From Clostridia bacterium (GTDB lineage Bacteria > Bacillota > Clostridia > Oscillospirales > CAG-272): a stretch of 64,000 bases of DNA. The notes under the pieces are model-generated. The model was not told the DNA's origin. It did not search any database and was given only the letters and a program-made list of their open reading frames with translations. Position numbers and translations under genes: made by a program. Position 1 is the first letter of the stretch. Each line of letters begins with the position of its first letter. The stretch spans positions 4,533 to 68,532 of the forward strand of contig JAFUKI010000057.1 of the NCBI GenBank assembly GCA_017467815.1, written 5' to 3'. Shown here one piece after another: positions 38,165 to 46,404 of the stretch.

Positions 38165-41100
38165 ATGAAAAAGTGGAAATCTTTTGTATCCGCACTTCTG
38201 GCGGGTATCATGATTCTTTCCGCAGCATCCGGCATTTTTGCAGCCCCTGCTTTCACCGATGTATCCGATCACTGGGCTTGGACCCGCGGCTACATCCCCT
38301 ATCTCGTAGAAAAAAATGTGCTCAACGGCTATAAGTTGTCCAACGGTACTTCCGTATTCAAGCCGGAAGACAAGGTTACCAGAGCAGAATTCATCAAAAT
38401 GCTGGACGAAACTTTCGGTCTGGTAGATACCGCTGAGGTTTCTTACTCTGACGTAAAGTCCACCGACTGGCATTACCCCTATTTCGCCAAGGCAATCGCC
38501 CAGGGTTACATATTGAACTACGGTAACTATGCAACCCCCGACGGAAAGCTGACCCGTGAAGAAGCAATCACGCTTCTGGTCCGCTATCTTGACCTGACCG
38601 AAGCCGAAAAATCCCCCGCAAGCACCTTTGCCGACTATAATTCCATCACCAGCTACTATAGAGATCCTGTTATGGCGGCTGCCAAAGCCGGTCTTGTTGA
38701 CGGTTATAAGGAAAACGGCAAAACCTACTTCAAGCCCATGAACACCCTGACCCGTGCCGAAGCGCTGACCATTCTGTACCGTGCTGCCGGTGCTATCTAC
38801 AACACCAGCGTAAGCACCAAGGACAGCGGCGCGGCAGATACCAATGCTGTTATCACCAGAGGCGGCGTGGTTCTGAGTGATCTGACCCTCAAGGGACGTG
38901 TGATCGTTTCCGAAGGTGTATCCGGTTATTCCGTGACCCTGGACAACACCACCGTTACCGACACCATGTATGTCCGCGGTCAGAGCAATATAATCATCAA
39001 CGGCAAGAGCGTAAAGAATCTGATCGTGGATTCCGATGCTTCCGATATTCTGATCACCCTGTCCGGCGGCGCAACTGTGGAAAACCTGACGCTGAACACC
39101 ACTGCCAAGGTTGCGATCTCCAACGGTACTAAGGTAAACAATCTGAATGTAAACGCCAAAAATGTAACCGTTACCGGTTCCGGTAAGATCGGTACTCTCA
39201 ACGTAGAAGCAAGCGGTATGGTATCCTCCATTATGCCCGATACCTACCATATCGGCGATGGTCTGACAGCAAGTCTGGACGGCTCTGTATACCAGGGGTC
39301 CTCCGACGCTCTGGCGGCATTCGTATTCCTGCCCTTCCTGACCGAAGAAGACAGCTATACCTACCTGAATATCTCTCCCGCAGTAAACGGTCAGATCTAT
39401 TACTACTACACAGACGATGATGCAGCCCCCTCTGCCCTGGAATTTGATACGATGTATCTGAATGCCAACCGCAAGGATTCCTTCTCCGTAACCGCCAATA
39501 AGATTTACTGTGAATCCACCGGGTTCACCCACAATGTCCAAAACTACGATTACCTTGTAATTCAGCTGGCTACCAAAGAAAAGAACCATACGCCCATTAT
39601 CATTCCCAATGAAGTATCCTCCGGCACCGGCTTCCGTGTAGATCCCGAGCTTACCGATGATACGACCATTACTTTCACCCCCGAATCTTCCGGTACTGTA
39701 TACTATTACTATTCCGCAAACGGGGATAAGGTAACCACTGCCCAGTTCTTGGACGGTTACAAGAACACCAAAGCCAAAGACAGTATGTATGTTGCAGGTG
39801 GTTCCAGCAGCAGGATCAATCTCGATTCCCGTTACCTTGATAATTATCCTTATGTAGTGATCATGCTGCAGAAGAACAACAATGCTTACTACACCCCCGT
39901 AGTCGTGGCTGCCGGTGACAACGGTTTCGACGAAGAACCGAAAGTATCCACTCTGGGTTCCGTTTCCTTCACCACCAAAATAACCGGTACTCTTTACTAC
40001 TACTATTCCGCAAACGGCAAGGCACCTTCCACAGCCAATTACAATACCGAATGGCGCAGCGATTACAATCGCGGCAGTCTTTCCGTTACCAAGGGTGTTA
40101 AAAAATCCATTCAATACGATGAAAGCGTCCTGGCAAAATATCCGTACATCATTTTCTCCATCAAGGATGCCAACGGAAACTACACCAAGCCCTTTGTCCT
40201 TCATATTGAATCCACATCCGGCTTTACTGTTGACCCGTATCTTACTGACAATTCCAAGATCTCCTACAGACCTGTCGTAAACGGTACACTTTATTGGTAT
40301 CTGTCCAAAACTTCCTCTGCTCCTTCCACTGTTGCGGACTTTACCAGATCTTATGAAGCATGTGCTTCCGCATACCGCGGCAGTGAAAAAGCATACGTTT
40401 CCGGTCTGAACAGCTTCACCTATCCTTCTCAGTACGCTGCCTCCTATCCCTATATCGTTCTCAGACTGCGCGGTACGGACGGAACCGACTATATGCCCGT
40501 TGTTCTGGAACTCAAGGTAAGCGCCAGCACCGGATTTGCTGAACAGCCTACCCTGTCCTCGACCAGCGATACGATTCGTTTCCGTACCGTTGAATCCGGT
40601 ACTGTGGAGTACTACTATGCAAGAAGATCCACAGCCAATGTCGATTATACCCAGGACTTCGATTATATGTACAGTCACGCACCTTCCGGTTACAGAGATA
40701 CCGTCTCTGTAGGCAGTGCGGCAAACTCCATCGATTTCAGTGCCATTGACCTTACACTCTATGACGGCATCGTTATGCGTTTCGTAAACGACAAGGGCGT
40801 TGCACACACTCCCGTTTACTTAAAACTTGAAAGGATCCAGACGGACGACGGCGGCGTGTATGGTCTTGAAATCGTTGCGGTAACTTCTGATACCGTAAGA
40901 GTTTTTGCAAACTTCTCCGGTACTCTGTATTATCATTTCCAGAACTACAAAACAGTCAGTGAGTCGGAATTCTACCGTGACGCAAAGCAGCGCTCCGTTT
41001 CCAGAAATGATATGGCAGCCATTCCCGTCGATGAGGATTACAATTACATCGTACTGAAACTGGCGCACTACGATTTCCTCGTTATTGACCTGAGTGATAC

Positions 41101-41413
41101 GGTAAGCGATGGCGGCAGCGATGGCAGCGGCGACGGCGGTACTACAGCCAGCGGTTCCGGTTTCCTGTCCTGCAGCAACGGTCTGGATACCGAAGGTAAA
41201 ACTTATATTACATTTATACCCCAAGTATCCGGCACTGTCTATATTTCCTACTCTGTCGGTGATTCCAGGATCGAAATCCCGGTTGAAGCAGGTCAGTCTT
41301 ATACCCATACTTTCAAGTACAATATTGACGAAATGCTCGATCTCCTGGGCGGTTCGTACAATATTCAGCTTGTATCCGGCAGTACAGCTTACGAAAAGGT
41401 TGTTTTCAACTAA
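38165..41413 (+). CDS. SLH-domain cell-surface protein with a beta-helix-like segment and seven ~100-aa tandem repeats
   Basis: ATG 38165 after GGAGG. Signal peptide MKKWKSFVSALLAGIMILSAASGIFA. Three SLH repeats (FTDVSDHWAW..., YSDVKSTDWHYPYF..., FADYNSITSYYRDPV...). Then seven repeats anchored on G(T/Q)(L/V/I)YYYY-like motifs every ~300 nt from 39389 to 41231. Confidence 0.9.
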   Translation: MKKWKSFVSALLAGIMILSAASGIFAAPAFTDVSDHWAWTRGYIPYLVEKNVLNGYKLSNGTSVFKPEDKVTRAEFIKMLDETFGLVDTAEVSYSDVKSTDWHYPYFAKAIAQGYILNYGNYATPDGKLTREEAITLLVRYLDLTEAEKSPASTFADYNSITSYYRDPVMAAAKAGLVDGYKENGKTYFKPMNTLTRAEALTILYRAAGAIYNTSVSTKDSGAADTNAVITRGGVVLSDLTLKGRVIVSEGVSGYSVTLDNTTVTDTMYVRGQSNIIINGKSVKNLIVDSDASDILITLSGGATVENLTLNTTAKVAISNGTKVNNLNVNAKNVTVTGSGKIGTLNVEASGMVSSIMPDTYHIGDGLTASLDGSVYQGSSDALAAFVFLPFLTEEDSYTYLNISPAVNGQIYYYYTDDDAAPSALEFDTMYLNANRKDSFSVTANKIYCESTGFTHNVQNYDYLVIQLATKEKNHTPIIIPNEVSSGTGFRVDPELTDDTTITFTPESSGTVYYYYSANGDKVTTAQFLDGYKNTKAKDSMYVAGGSSSRINLDSRYLDNYPYVVIMLQKNNNAYYTPVVVAAGDNGFDEEPKVSTLGSVSFTTKITGTLYYYYSANGKAPSTANYNTEWRSDYNRGSLSVTKGVKKSIQYDESVLAKYPYIIFSIKDANGNYTKPFVLHIESTSGFTVDPYLTDNSKISYRPVVNGTLYWYLSKTSSAPSTVADFTRSYEACASAYRGSEKAYVSGLNSFTYPSQYAASYPYIVLRLRGTDGTDYMPVVLELKVSASTGFAEQPTLSSTSDTIRFRTVESGTVEYYYARRSTANVDYTQDFDYMYSHAPSGYRDTVSVGSAANSIDFSAIDLTLYDGIVMRFVNDKGVAHTPVYLKLERIQTDDGGVYGLEIVAVTSDTVRVFANFSGTLYYHFQNYKTVSESEFYRDAKQRSVSRNDMAAIPVDEDYNYIVLKLAHYDFLVIDLSDTVSDGGSDGSGDGGTTASGSGFLSCSNGLDTEGKTYITFIPQVSGTVYISYSVGDSRIEIPVEAGQSYTHTFKYNIDEMLDLLGGSYNIQLVSGSTAYEKVVFN

Positions 41414-41427
41414 ACTATTGCAGCATA

Positions 41428-41463
41428 AAGGGAGAGACTTCACCGTCTCTCCCTTCTTTTTTG
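41428..41463 (+). terminator. Rho-independent terminator of the SLH protein gene
   Basis: AAGGGAGAGAC-ttcacc-GTCTCTCCCTT, followed by CTTTTTTT. Confidence 0.8.
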
Positions 41464-41539
41464 TATATCCGATCCTGCCTCCTTGAAATATGCCCAAAAC
41501 TACAGGTCAAACCATCCTATCTTTTATTCCAATTCCATC

Positions 41540-41568
41540 TTGAAAAATTTCACGTAAAGTGATAAAAT
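41540..41568 (+). promoter_or_regulatory. Candidate sigma-A promoter TTGAAA-17-TGaTAAAAT
   Basis: -35 at 41540-41545, a 17-nt spacer, and an extended -10 ending at 41568. Lies 52 nt upstream of the sulP ATG. Confidence 0.55.
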
Positions 41569-41620
41569 GTCAAAGTACGACATTTTATCGCACAAATCTT
41601 TATTGTGAAAAGAGTTTGTT

Positions 41621-43147
41621 ATGCAGTACTTCAATCGTCTGAAAAAAGAATTCACAGCGTATTCCCCTTCTGCTTTTGCCGGGGACGTTATGGCAGGTAT
41701 TACCGTTTCTGCGGTTGCCCTTCCCCTGGCTCTTGCTTTCGGTGTCAGCTCCGGCGCTACAGCTGCTTCCGGTATGATCACCGCTATCCTTGCCGGTATT
41801 GTGATCGGTCTGCTCTCCGGTGCTTCCTACCAGATCTCCGGACCTACCGGCGCAATGGCTGCCATTCTTGTTTCCCTCGCTTCCGTTTACGGTATGAACG
41901 GTATGCTCACCGCCGGTCTGATTTCCGGTATTCTGCTGATTCTTGCAGCGGTATTCCGTCTGGGTCGTCTGGTGGCATATATTCCCTCTCCCGTTATCAC
42001 AGGTTTCACCTCCGGTATTGCTCTGGTTATCGCGCTGGGACAGGTCGATAATTTCTTCGGCACAACCTCCGCCGGTACCGGTGTTGCGGAAAAGTTCCTT
42101 AGCTACGGCGAACTCGGCTTCAAACCCCATCTCTTTACCGTACTTTTCGGCGTGCTTGCCATCGCCACTATGATTTTCTGGCCCAAGAAATGGAACGCCA
42201 AGGTGCCCGGTTCCCTGATCGCCATTATTGTATGCCTGATCCTCAATATGATCCTCAAGCCCGAAGGTGTGGCTGCAGTGGGTGAGATCCCCCGCACCAT
42301 ACTTTCCCCCGATCGTCTCCGTCTGGATTCCATTCCCTTCAAGGACCTCGGCGCTTTGATTACCCCTGCCATCAGCATTGCTGCTCTCGGTATGATCGAA
42401 AGCCTTCTCTGCGGTGCTTCTGCCGGCAAGATGAAGGATGAAAAGCTGGATGCCGATCAGGAGCTGATCGCCCAGGGTGTGGGCAACATTCTCCTGCCCT
42501 TTTTCGGCGGTATTCCTGCCACAGCCGCTATTGCCCGTACCAGCGTAGCCATCAAATCCGGTCAGCGCACCCGTATTACCGGTATTGTGCATTCCCTGAT
42601 TCTGCTGGCTTCCATGTTCTTGCTCTCTCCCTTCATGTCCCAGATCCCTCTGTCCGCACTGGCAGGTGTTCTGATGGTAACGGCATGGCGCATGAACGAA
42701 TGGCACTTTATCAAGTATATCTTCAGAAACAAGCTGAAATTTCCGATTATTCAGTATCTGGTAACCATGGTCGTAACCCTTTTCTCCGACCTCACAGTGG
42801 CGATTGTAGCCGGTGTTGTGGTTTCCATGGTATTGTATGCAGTCCAGAGCGATCTGACCGTCAGCGCGGACAAAAAGGGCAATACGGCGGTACTGCATCT
42901 GTCCGGCGTGCTGTTCTTCGGTTCCCAGGAAAAACTGCTGGAAGCCATTGCCGAAAACACTGCCGCTGCCGATGAAGTTATCCTGGATTTCGCCGGTCTG
43001 GCGGTGTTTGAAGATTCCGTTGCCGGTGAACTCTGTACAGCGATCACTTCCCTGAAGGAAAGCGGAAAAACCGTACGTATCGAAGGTCTTACCGGTAAAA
43101 TCGCAACCCAGGCTGAACGCGCGGGCATTACTGCACTGGTTCAGTGA
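41621..43147 (+). CDS. SulP family inorganic anion transporter with a C-terminal STAS domain
   Basis: 508 aa. An N-terminal polytopic Sulfate_transp core (AGITVSAVALPLALAFGVSSGA..., GIPATAAIARTSV) and a STAS-like tail (VLHLSGVLFFGS...VILDFAGL). Confidence 0.92.
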   Translation: MQYFNRLKKEFTAYSPSAFAGDVMAGITVSAVALPLALAFGVSSGATAASGMITAILAGIVIGLLSGASYQISGPTGAMAAILVSLASVYGMNGMLTAGLISGILLILAAVFRLGRLVAYIPSPVITGFTSGIALVIALGQVDNFFGTTSAGTGVAEKFLSYGELGFKPHLFTVLFGVLAIATMIFWPKKWNAKVPGSLIAIIVCLILNMILKPEGVAAVGEIPRTILSPDRLRLDSIPFKDLGALITPAISIAALGMIESLLCGASAGKMKDEKLDADQELIAQGVGNILLPFFGGIPATAAIARTSVAIKSGQRTRITGIVHSLILLASMFLLSPFMSQIPLSALAGVLMVTAWRMNEWHFIKYIFRNKLKFPIIQYLVTMVVTLFSDLTVAIVAGVVVSMVLYAVQSDLTVSADKKGNTAVLHLSGVLFFGSQEKLLEAIAENTAAADEVILDFAGLAVFEDSVAGELCTAITSLKESGKTVRIEGLTGKIATQAERAGITALVQ

Positions 43148-43312
43148 TAATAACTTCCACAGGAAAAGCACATCTTTCTGTCTCTGGCACTGCTGAGTCC
43201 CGCTGCGGATCTTTACAAAAAGATATTTCACAATTTTACAATTTACCGCTTTACTTTGTGAAAGAATCCGTGTATAATATAGGCAAAGTATCCCCGAAAC
43301 AGAGGAGAGATT

Positions 43313-43633
43313 ATGGGACGTCCTAAGAAAGATGCGAAAAAGAATTATTTATTTGAAGCTATCCTCAGCTTGCAGACAGTAGACGAATGCTACAATTTCT
43401 TTGAAGATCTGTGTACCATCAAGGAACTGGACGAAATGTCCAAGCGTATGTGGGGCGCACGGATGCTTGCAGATAATAAAGTATATACGGAAATCACCGA
43501 AGCCACCGGTCTGAGTACCGCCACCATCAGCCGTATCAACCGTTGTCTGAAATACGGTCAGGACGGATACAGCACCGTTCTCAAGCGGCTCGACGAAAAG
43601 AATATTCTCCCTGAAGAGGAGGAAGAAGCATGA
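43313..43633 (+). CDS. YerC/YecD family TrpR-related protein
   Basis: 106 aa. LFEAILSLQTVDECYNFFEDLCTIKELDEMSKRMWGARML...TGLSTATISRINRCLKYG. Confidence 0.88.
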   Translation: MGRPKKDAKKNYLFEAILSLQTVDECYNFFEDLCTIKELDEMSKRMWGARMLADNKVYTEITEATGLSTATISRINRCLKYGQDGYSTVLKRLDEKNILPEEEEEA

Positions 43634-44391
43634 ACGGCGGTTACGAAGCACTGGCGCCGGTTTACGACCGTCTGAACCGTGACGTGGATTATACCGCATG
43701 GGCAGAATTCATCACGGAAAACTTCCGCAGATACGCTTCCCTTCCCCACGCGCCTTCTTTGCTGCTGGATATCGGATGCGGCACGGGAAGTATGACACTG
43801 GCGCTGGCAGAAGCAGGTTATGACATGACTGCGCTGGATATTTCCGAAGATATGCTCTCCGTTGCGGCGGAACGGACCCGCGGAGCAGATCTGTCCGTTT
43901 TGTTCCTGCAGGCGGATATGACGGATTTTGAATTATACGGTACAGTGGATGGCGCGGTATGTGCTCTGGATGGAATCAACCATCTGACGGACACGGATAT
44001 GCTGGCGGATTGTTTCACCACAGTAGCACGGTATCTCAATCCGGGTGGGCTGTTCTGCTTTGACGTAAACACCCCACACAAATTCAAGACTCAATATGCC
44101 GACAATGACTATCTTCTGGAGCAGGACGGTGCGGTTTGCTGCTGGTCGAACCGGTTGTCCGCCAGGGGAAACATATGTGATTTCTATCTGACCGTATTTG
44201 AGGAACAGAAAAACGGCCTGTACAAGCGCACGGACGGTGTTCAGCGGGAACGGAGTTACAGCAGACGCACATTGGAAAAATGCATACGCGAAGCCGGTCT
44301 GGAAGTGGTTTGTGTAACGGATTCCTTTGATTTTACGGAACCTGCCAAAGATGCACTGCGCTGGTATTTCACCTGCCGGAAGCCGAACTGA
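43630..44391 (+). CDS. Class I SAM-dependent methyltransferase
   Basis: 253 aa. Motif I LLDIGCGTG. The start overlaps the yerC-like stop by 4 nt. Confidence 0.85.
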   Translation: MNGGYEALAPVYDRLNRDVDYTAWAEFITENFRRYASLPHAPSLLLDIGCGTGSMTLALAEAGYDMTALDISEDMLSVAAERTRGADLSVLFLQADMTDFELYGTVDGAVCALDGINHLTDTDMLADCFTTVARYLNPGGLFCFDVNTPHKFKTQYADNDYLLEQDGAVCCWSNRLSARGNICDFYLTVFEEQKNGLYKRTDGVQRERSYSRRTLEKCIREAGLEVVCVTDSFDFTEPAKDALRWYFTCRKPN

Positions 44392-44464
44392 AGGTATTTT
44401 TCCCTGTCCGGCAATTGCTGTCGATTTTTAAGGCACAAAAAAACAAGAAAATCACAAAAAACTA

Positions 44465-44493
44465 TTGACATTCCCCCGAAAATATGTTATACT
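44465..44493 (+). promoter_or_regulatory. Consensus-like sigma-A promoter TTGACA-17-TATACT for the tRNA pair
   Basis: TTGACA at 44465-44470, a 17-nt spacer, TATACT at 44488-44493. Lies ~45 nt upstream of tRNA-Leu. Confidence 0.65.
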
Positions 44494-44537
44494 ATTGTAA
44501 CAGCAAGGGCAAGACAAATTGTCGTCCGAGCCAAAAT

Positions 44538-44623
44538 GCCGGAATGGCGGAATTGGCAGACGCCCGGGACTTAAAATCCCGTGTAACGAAAGTTACGTAC
44601 CGGTTCAAGCCCGGTTTCCGGCA
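44538..44623 (+). tRNA. tRNA-Leu (anticodon UAA), class II
   Basis: Folded by hand. Acceptor GCCGGAA/TTCCGGC. Anticodon arm CGGGA-cuUAAaa-TCCCG. Long variable arm GTAAC-gaaa-GTTAC. T arm ACCGG-ttcaagc-CCGGT. No encoded CCA. Confidence 0.92.
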
Positions 44624-44655
44624 TCTTTTTGGATGACGGTGCTGTAATACAATAT

Positions 44656-44733
<78 letters not shown>

Positions 44734-44763
44734 ATTAGTGCGACCAAAAAAGATATCGCACCG

Positions 44764-44797
44764 AAAACCCGAGATTTTCTCGGGTTTTCTTCGTTTT
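44764..44797 (+). terminator. Rho-independent terminator after the tRNA pair
   Basis: AAAACCCGAGA-ttt-TCTCGGGTTTT, followed by CTTCGTTTT. Confidence 0.75.
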
Positions 44798-44921
44798 GTC
44801 AGGCATTATTTTTTGTGCCTTAACAATACATTTTTTGTAAACTCGCTTATAACTTTTTCGTAAAGTTACTTTATCTTTGGGATTATCTGAACTTTTCATA
44901 GTCATTCCTTATGTACTCTCG

Positions 44922-46055
44922 TCAAAGTAGTTCTTTCTTTTTAGCGTCAAATTCTTCCTGTGTAATTGCTCCCATATCAAGAAGATTCTTAAATTTCAAT
45001 ATTTCATCTGCAACAGATGTTGAAGATGATTGTGCTGTAATTTGCGACCGTTTAGATATTTCTTTTTTATTTTCTTTCACAGCATTCATGCATTGTTGGA
45101 TTTCCGAAAATGCTTTTTGTTTGTCTGTATTATTTTCGAAAATAAACACAATATCTTCAGCGGGGTTTCCTCCAAAATTACTATTTCTGAAACGAATATA
45201 CCCAACATCATTTTCTCCATCGCCCGCCTTTTGATAATCAACGCTATCATATTCTTGATAATCAATTTTGTACTTGCCTTTTACAACCTTAAAGATTGCC
45301 TTTTCGGGTGCTATAGCGTCGGCTGCAACATTGATTGCTGCTGATGTTGCTAAATTGATACCCGCTTTCACAATTCCACCAGTTAAGACACTGCGTGCTA
45401 ATGATTTAGCAGTGCTATTAGATATGAGACTTTCTTTAGGCTGGCTTTTTTTCAAGGCTTTCCCATATCCTTTTGAACTTTCTTCAATATCGAAATTGTC
45501 AGTCGTTGTCAAAACACAGTATGTTTCGTATATTTTTAGCTTTTGTCCTCTGTGACTATCTAACATACGAATAAGTCCTTTTTCCAGTTTACTATCGAAA
45601 TAACCATTGATCGCTTCGACAACGATAGGGGGAAATCCATTTTTTATAGCGATTTTCAGTATTTTTTCTCTGTTCTTTTCTACTCCGTTATTATCCTCGT
45701 ACTCGGTTTCTTTCCAAGCAGATGTATTTATTTTTCCGAAACATTGTTTGCAGATGTTTACGTTACCTAATTTTTGCAAGTGTTGTACAGGCTGCCCACA
45801 ACAATCGCAACGAAGCATACCATTCATCTGATTCGTGAAAAACTCGTTGATGGCGGCAATAACAGGTTGTGGGAAATTGTGCTTGTGAACAGTTTCTAAC
45901 GCATTACAACGCTGTTTTTCTGCTTCTTCATATCTCTCATACTGATGCTTCCACAAGAGACCATTTGCTTTCATAAAACAAACCTTACATACATTTACCG
46001 CTCCAAACTTTTCGGGAAGTAATGAGTTTTTTCCACACACATCACATTTTGCCAT
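44922..46055 (-). CDS. Hypothetical protein: two zinc-ribbon modules, a PH-like middle region and a C-terminal SHOCT domain
   Basis: 377 aa. AAGGAG Shine-Dalgarno. A duplicated module CxxCG...VNxCKxCFxK...WK... + NFPQPVIAAINEFF / NGFPPIVVEAINGYF. The C-terminal ADEILKFKNLLDMGAITQEEFDAKKKELL matches the SHOCT pattern. AT-rich codon usage. Confidence 0.75.
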   Translation of the reverse strand: MAKCDVCGKNSLLPEKFGAVNVCKVCFMKANGLLWKHQYERYEEAEKQRCNALETVHKHNFPQPVIAAINEFFTNQMNGMLRCDCCGQPVQHLQKLGNVNICKQCFGKINTSAWKETEYEDNNGVEKNREKILKIAIKNGFPPIVVEAINGYFDSKLEKGLIRMLDSHRGQKLKIYETYCVLTTTDNFDIEESSKGYGKALKKSQPKESLISNSTAKSLARSVLTGGIVKAGINLATSAAINVAADAIAPEKAIFKVVKGKYKIDYQEYDSVDYQKAGDGENDVGYIRFRNSNFGGNPAEDIVFIFENNTDKQKAFSEIQQCMNAVKENKKEISKRSQITAQSSSTSVADEILKFKNLLDMGAITQEEFDAKKKELL

Positions 46056-46188
46056 ATCGAAATACTCCTTAAATGATTATTTTCATAATACTCTTTGTAA
46101 ATTTCGCGAATCACAAAGTCAAACGAATGGTTATGTGTTACCATGCTCTTACTGGAGGAGGACTTAATTCAGATATCTGACTCGCTAT

Positions 46189-46345
46189 CAAAAAAGTGCG
46201 CTCCCGAAGGAACGCACCGAAAAAGTGAGTCCCCTCATTGTTGCGACACAAGCTCTGCCTATCTATGGGTATGAGCAAAGAGAGAAAACACCTTTTGCCA
46301 AGGTATTTTCCCATTGATAGGTCAAAAATATTAACTTGTGTCGCA
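46189..46345 (-). ncRNA. Candidate ~155-nt structured RNA (promoter-to-terminator unit)
   Basis: Starts ~7 nt after the 46351-46378 promoter. The 5' GCGACACAAG (46335-46344) pairs perfectly with CTTGTGTCGC (46243-46252). Nested helices are CCTATCAATGGG/CCCATAGATAGG and ACCTT/AAGGT. It ends in the terminator GTGCGTTCC-UUCG-GGAGCGCAC + U6 (46189-46217). Confidence 0.4.
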
Positions 46346-46350
46346 TATAC

Positions 46351-46378
46351 ATTATACCACATAATGAATATTTTTCAA
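46351..46378 (-). promoter_or_regulatory. Near-consensus sigma-A promoter TTGAAA-16-TGgTATAAT (minus strand)
   Basis: Plus-strand TTTCAA at 46373-46378 and ATTATACCA at 46351-46359. Confidence 0.6.
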
Positions 46379-46404
46379 GTAGTTTGGCGTATCTGGTCGA
46401 ATTT

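Noticed and set aside
38090-40807. A 905-aa minus-strand ORF antisense to the SLH-repeat protein gene.
   Set aside because: A shadow ORF with a low-complexity G/V/I/C-rich translation. The plus strand has an RBS, signal peptide, SLH repeats and a terminator.
4541-43231. Many other long antisense ORFs in the core region. Examples: 4541..5884 +, 5547..7193 +, 9066..10199 +, 14792..16405 +, 20675..21472 +, 21845..22981 +, 22942..23856 +, 24031..25629 -, 25734..26828 -, 27763..28716 -, 28908..31049 -, 30988..31950 -, 34651..35742 -, 35508..37025 -, 41600..43231 -.
   Set aside because: Each lies fully inside, and opposite to, a gene with unmistakable family motifs (Mur ligases, PBP, MltG, FtsK, HAD, YabE-like, serine hydrolase, ApbE, MiaB, MutS, MutL, Tgt, SulP). 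Their translations are Arg/Cys/His/Gly-rich with no recognisable motifs. This is typical of GC-rich-third-position shadow frames.
46138-46362. A 74-aa minus-strand ORF overlapping the structured-RNA candidate.
   Set aside because: It starts upstream of the predicted TSS and reads through a strong UUCG-tetraloop terminator, with its stop 50 nt beyond it. It has no Shine-Dalgarno sequence and an implausible sequence.
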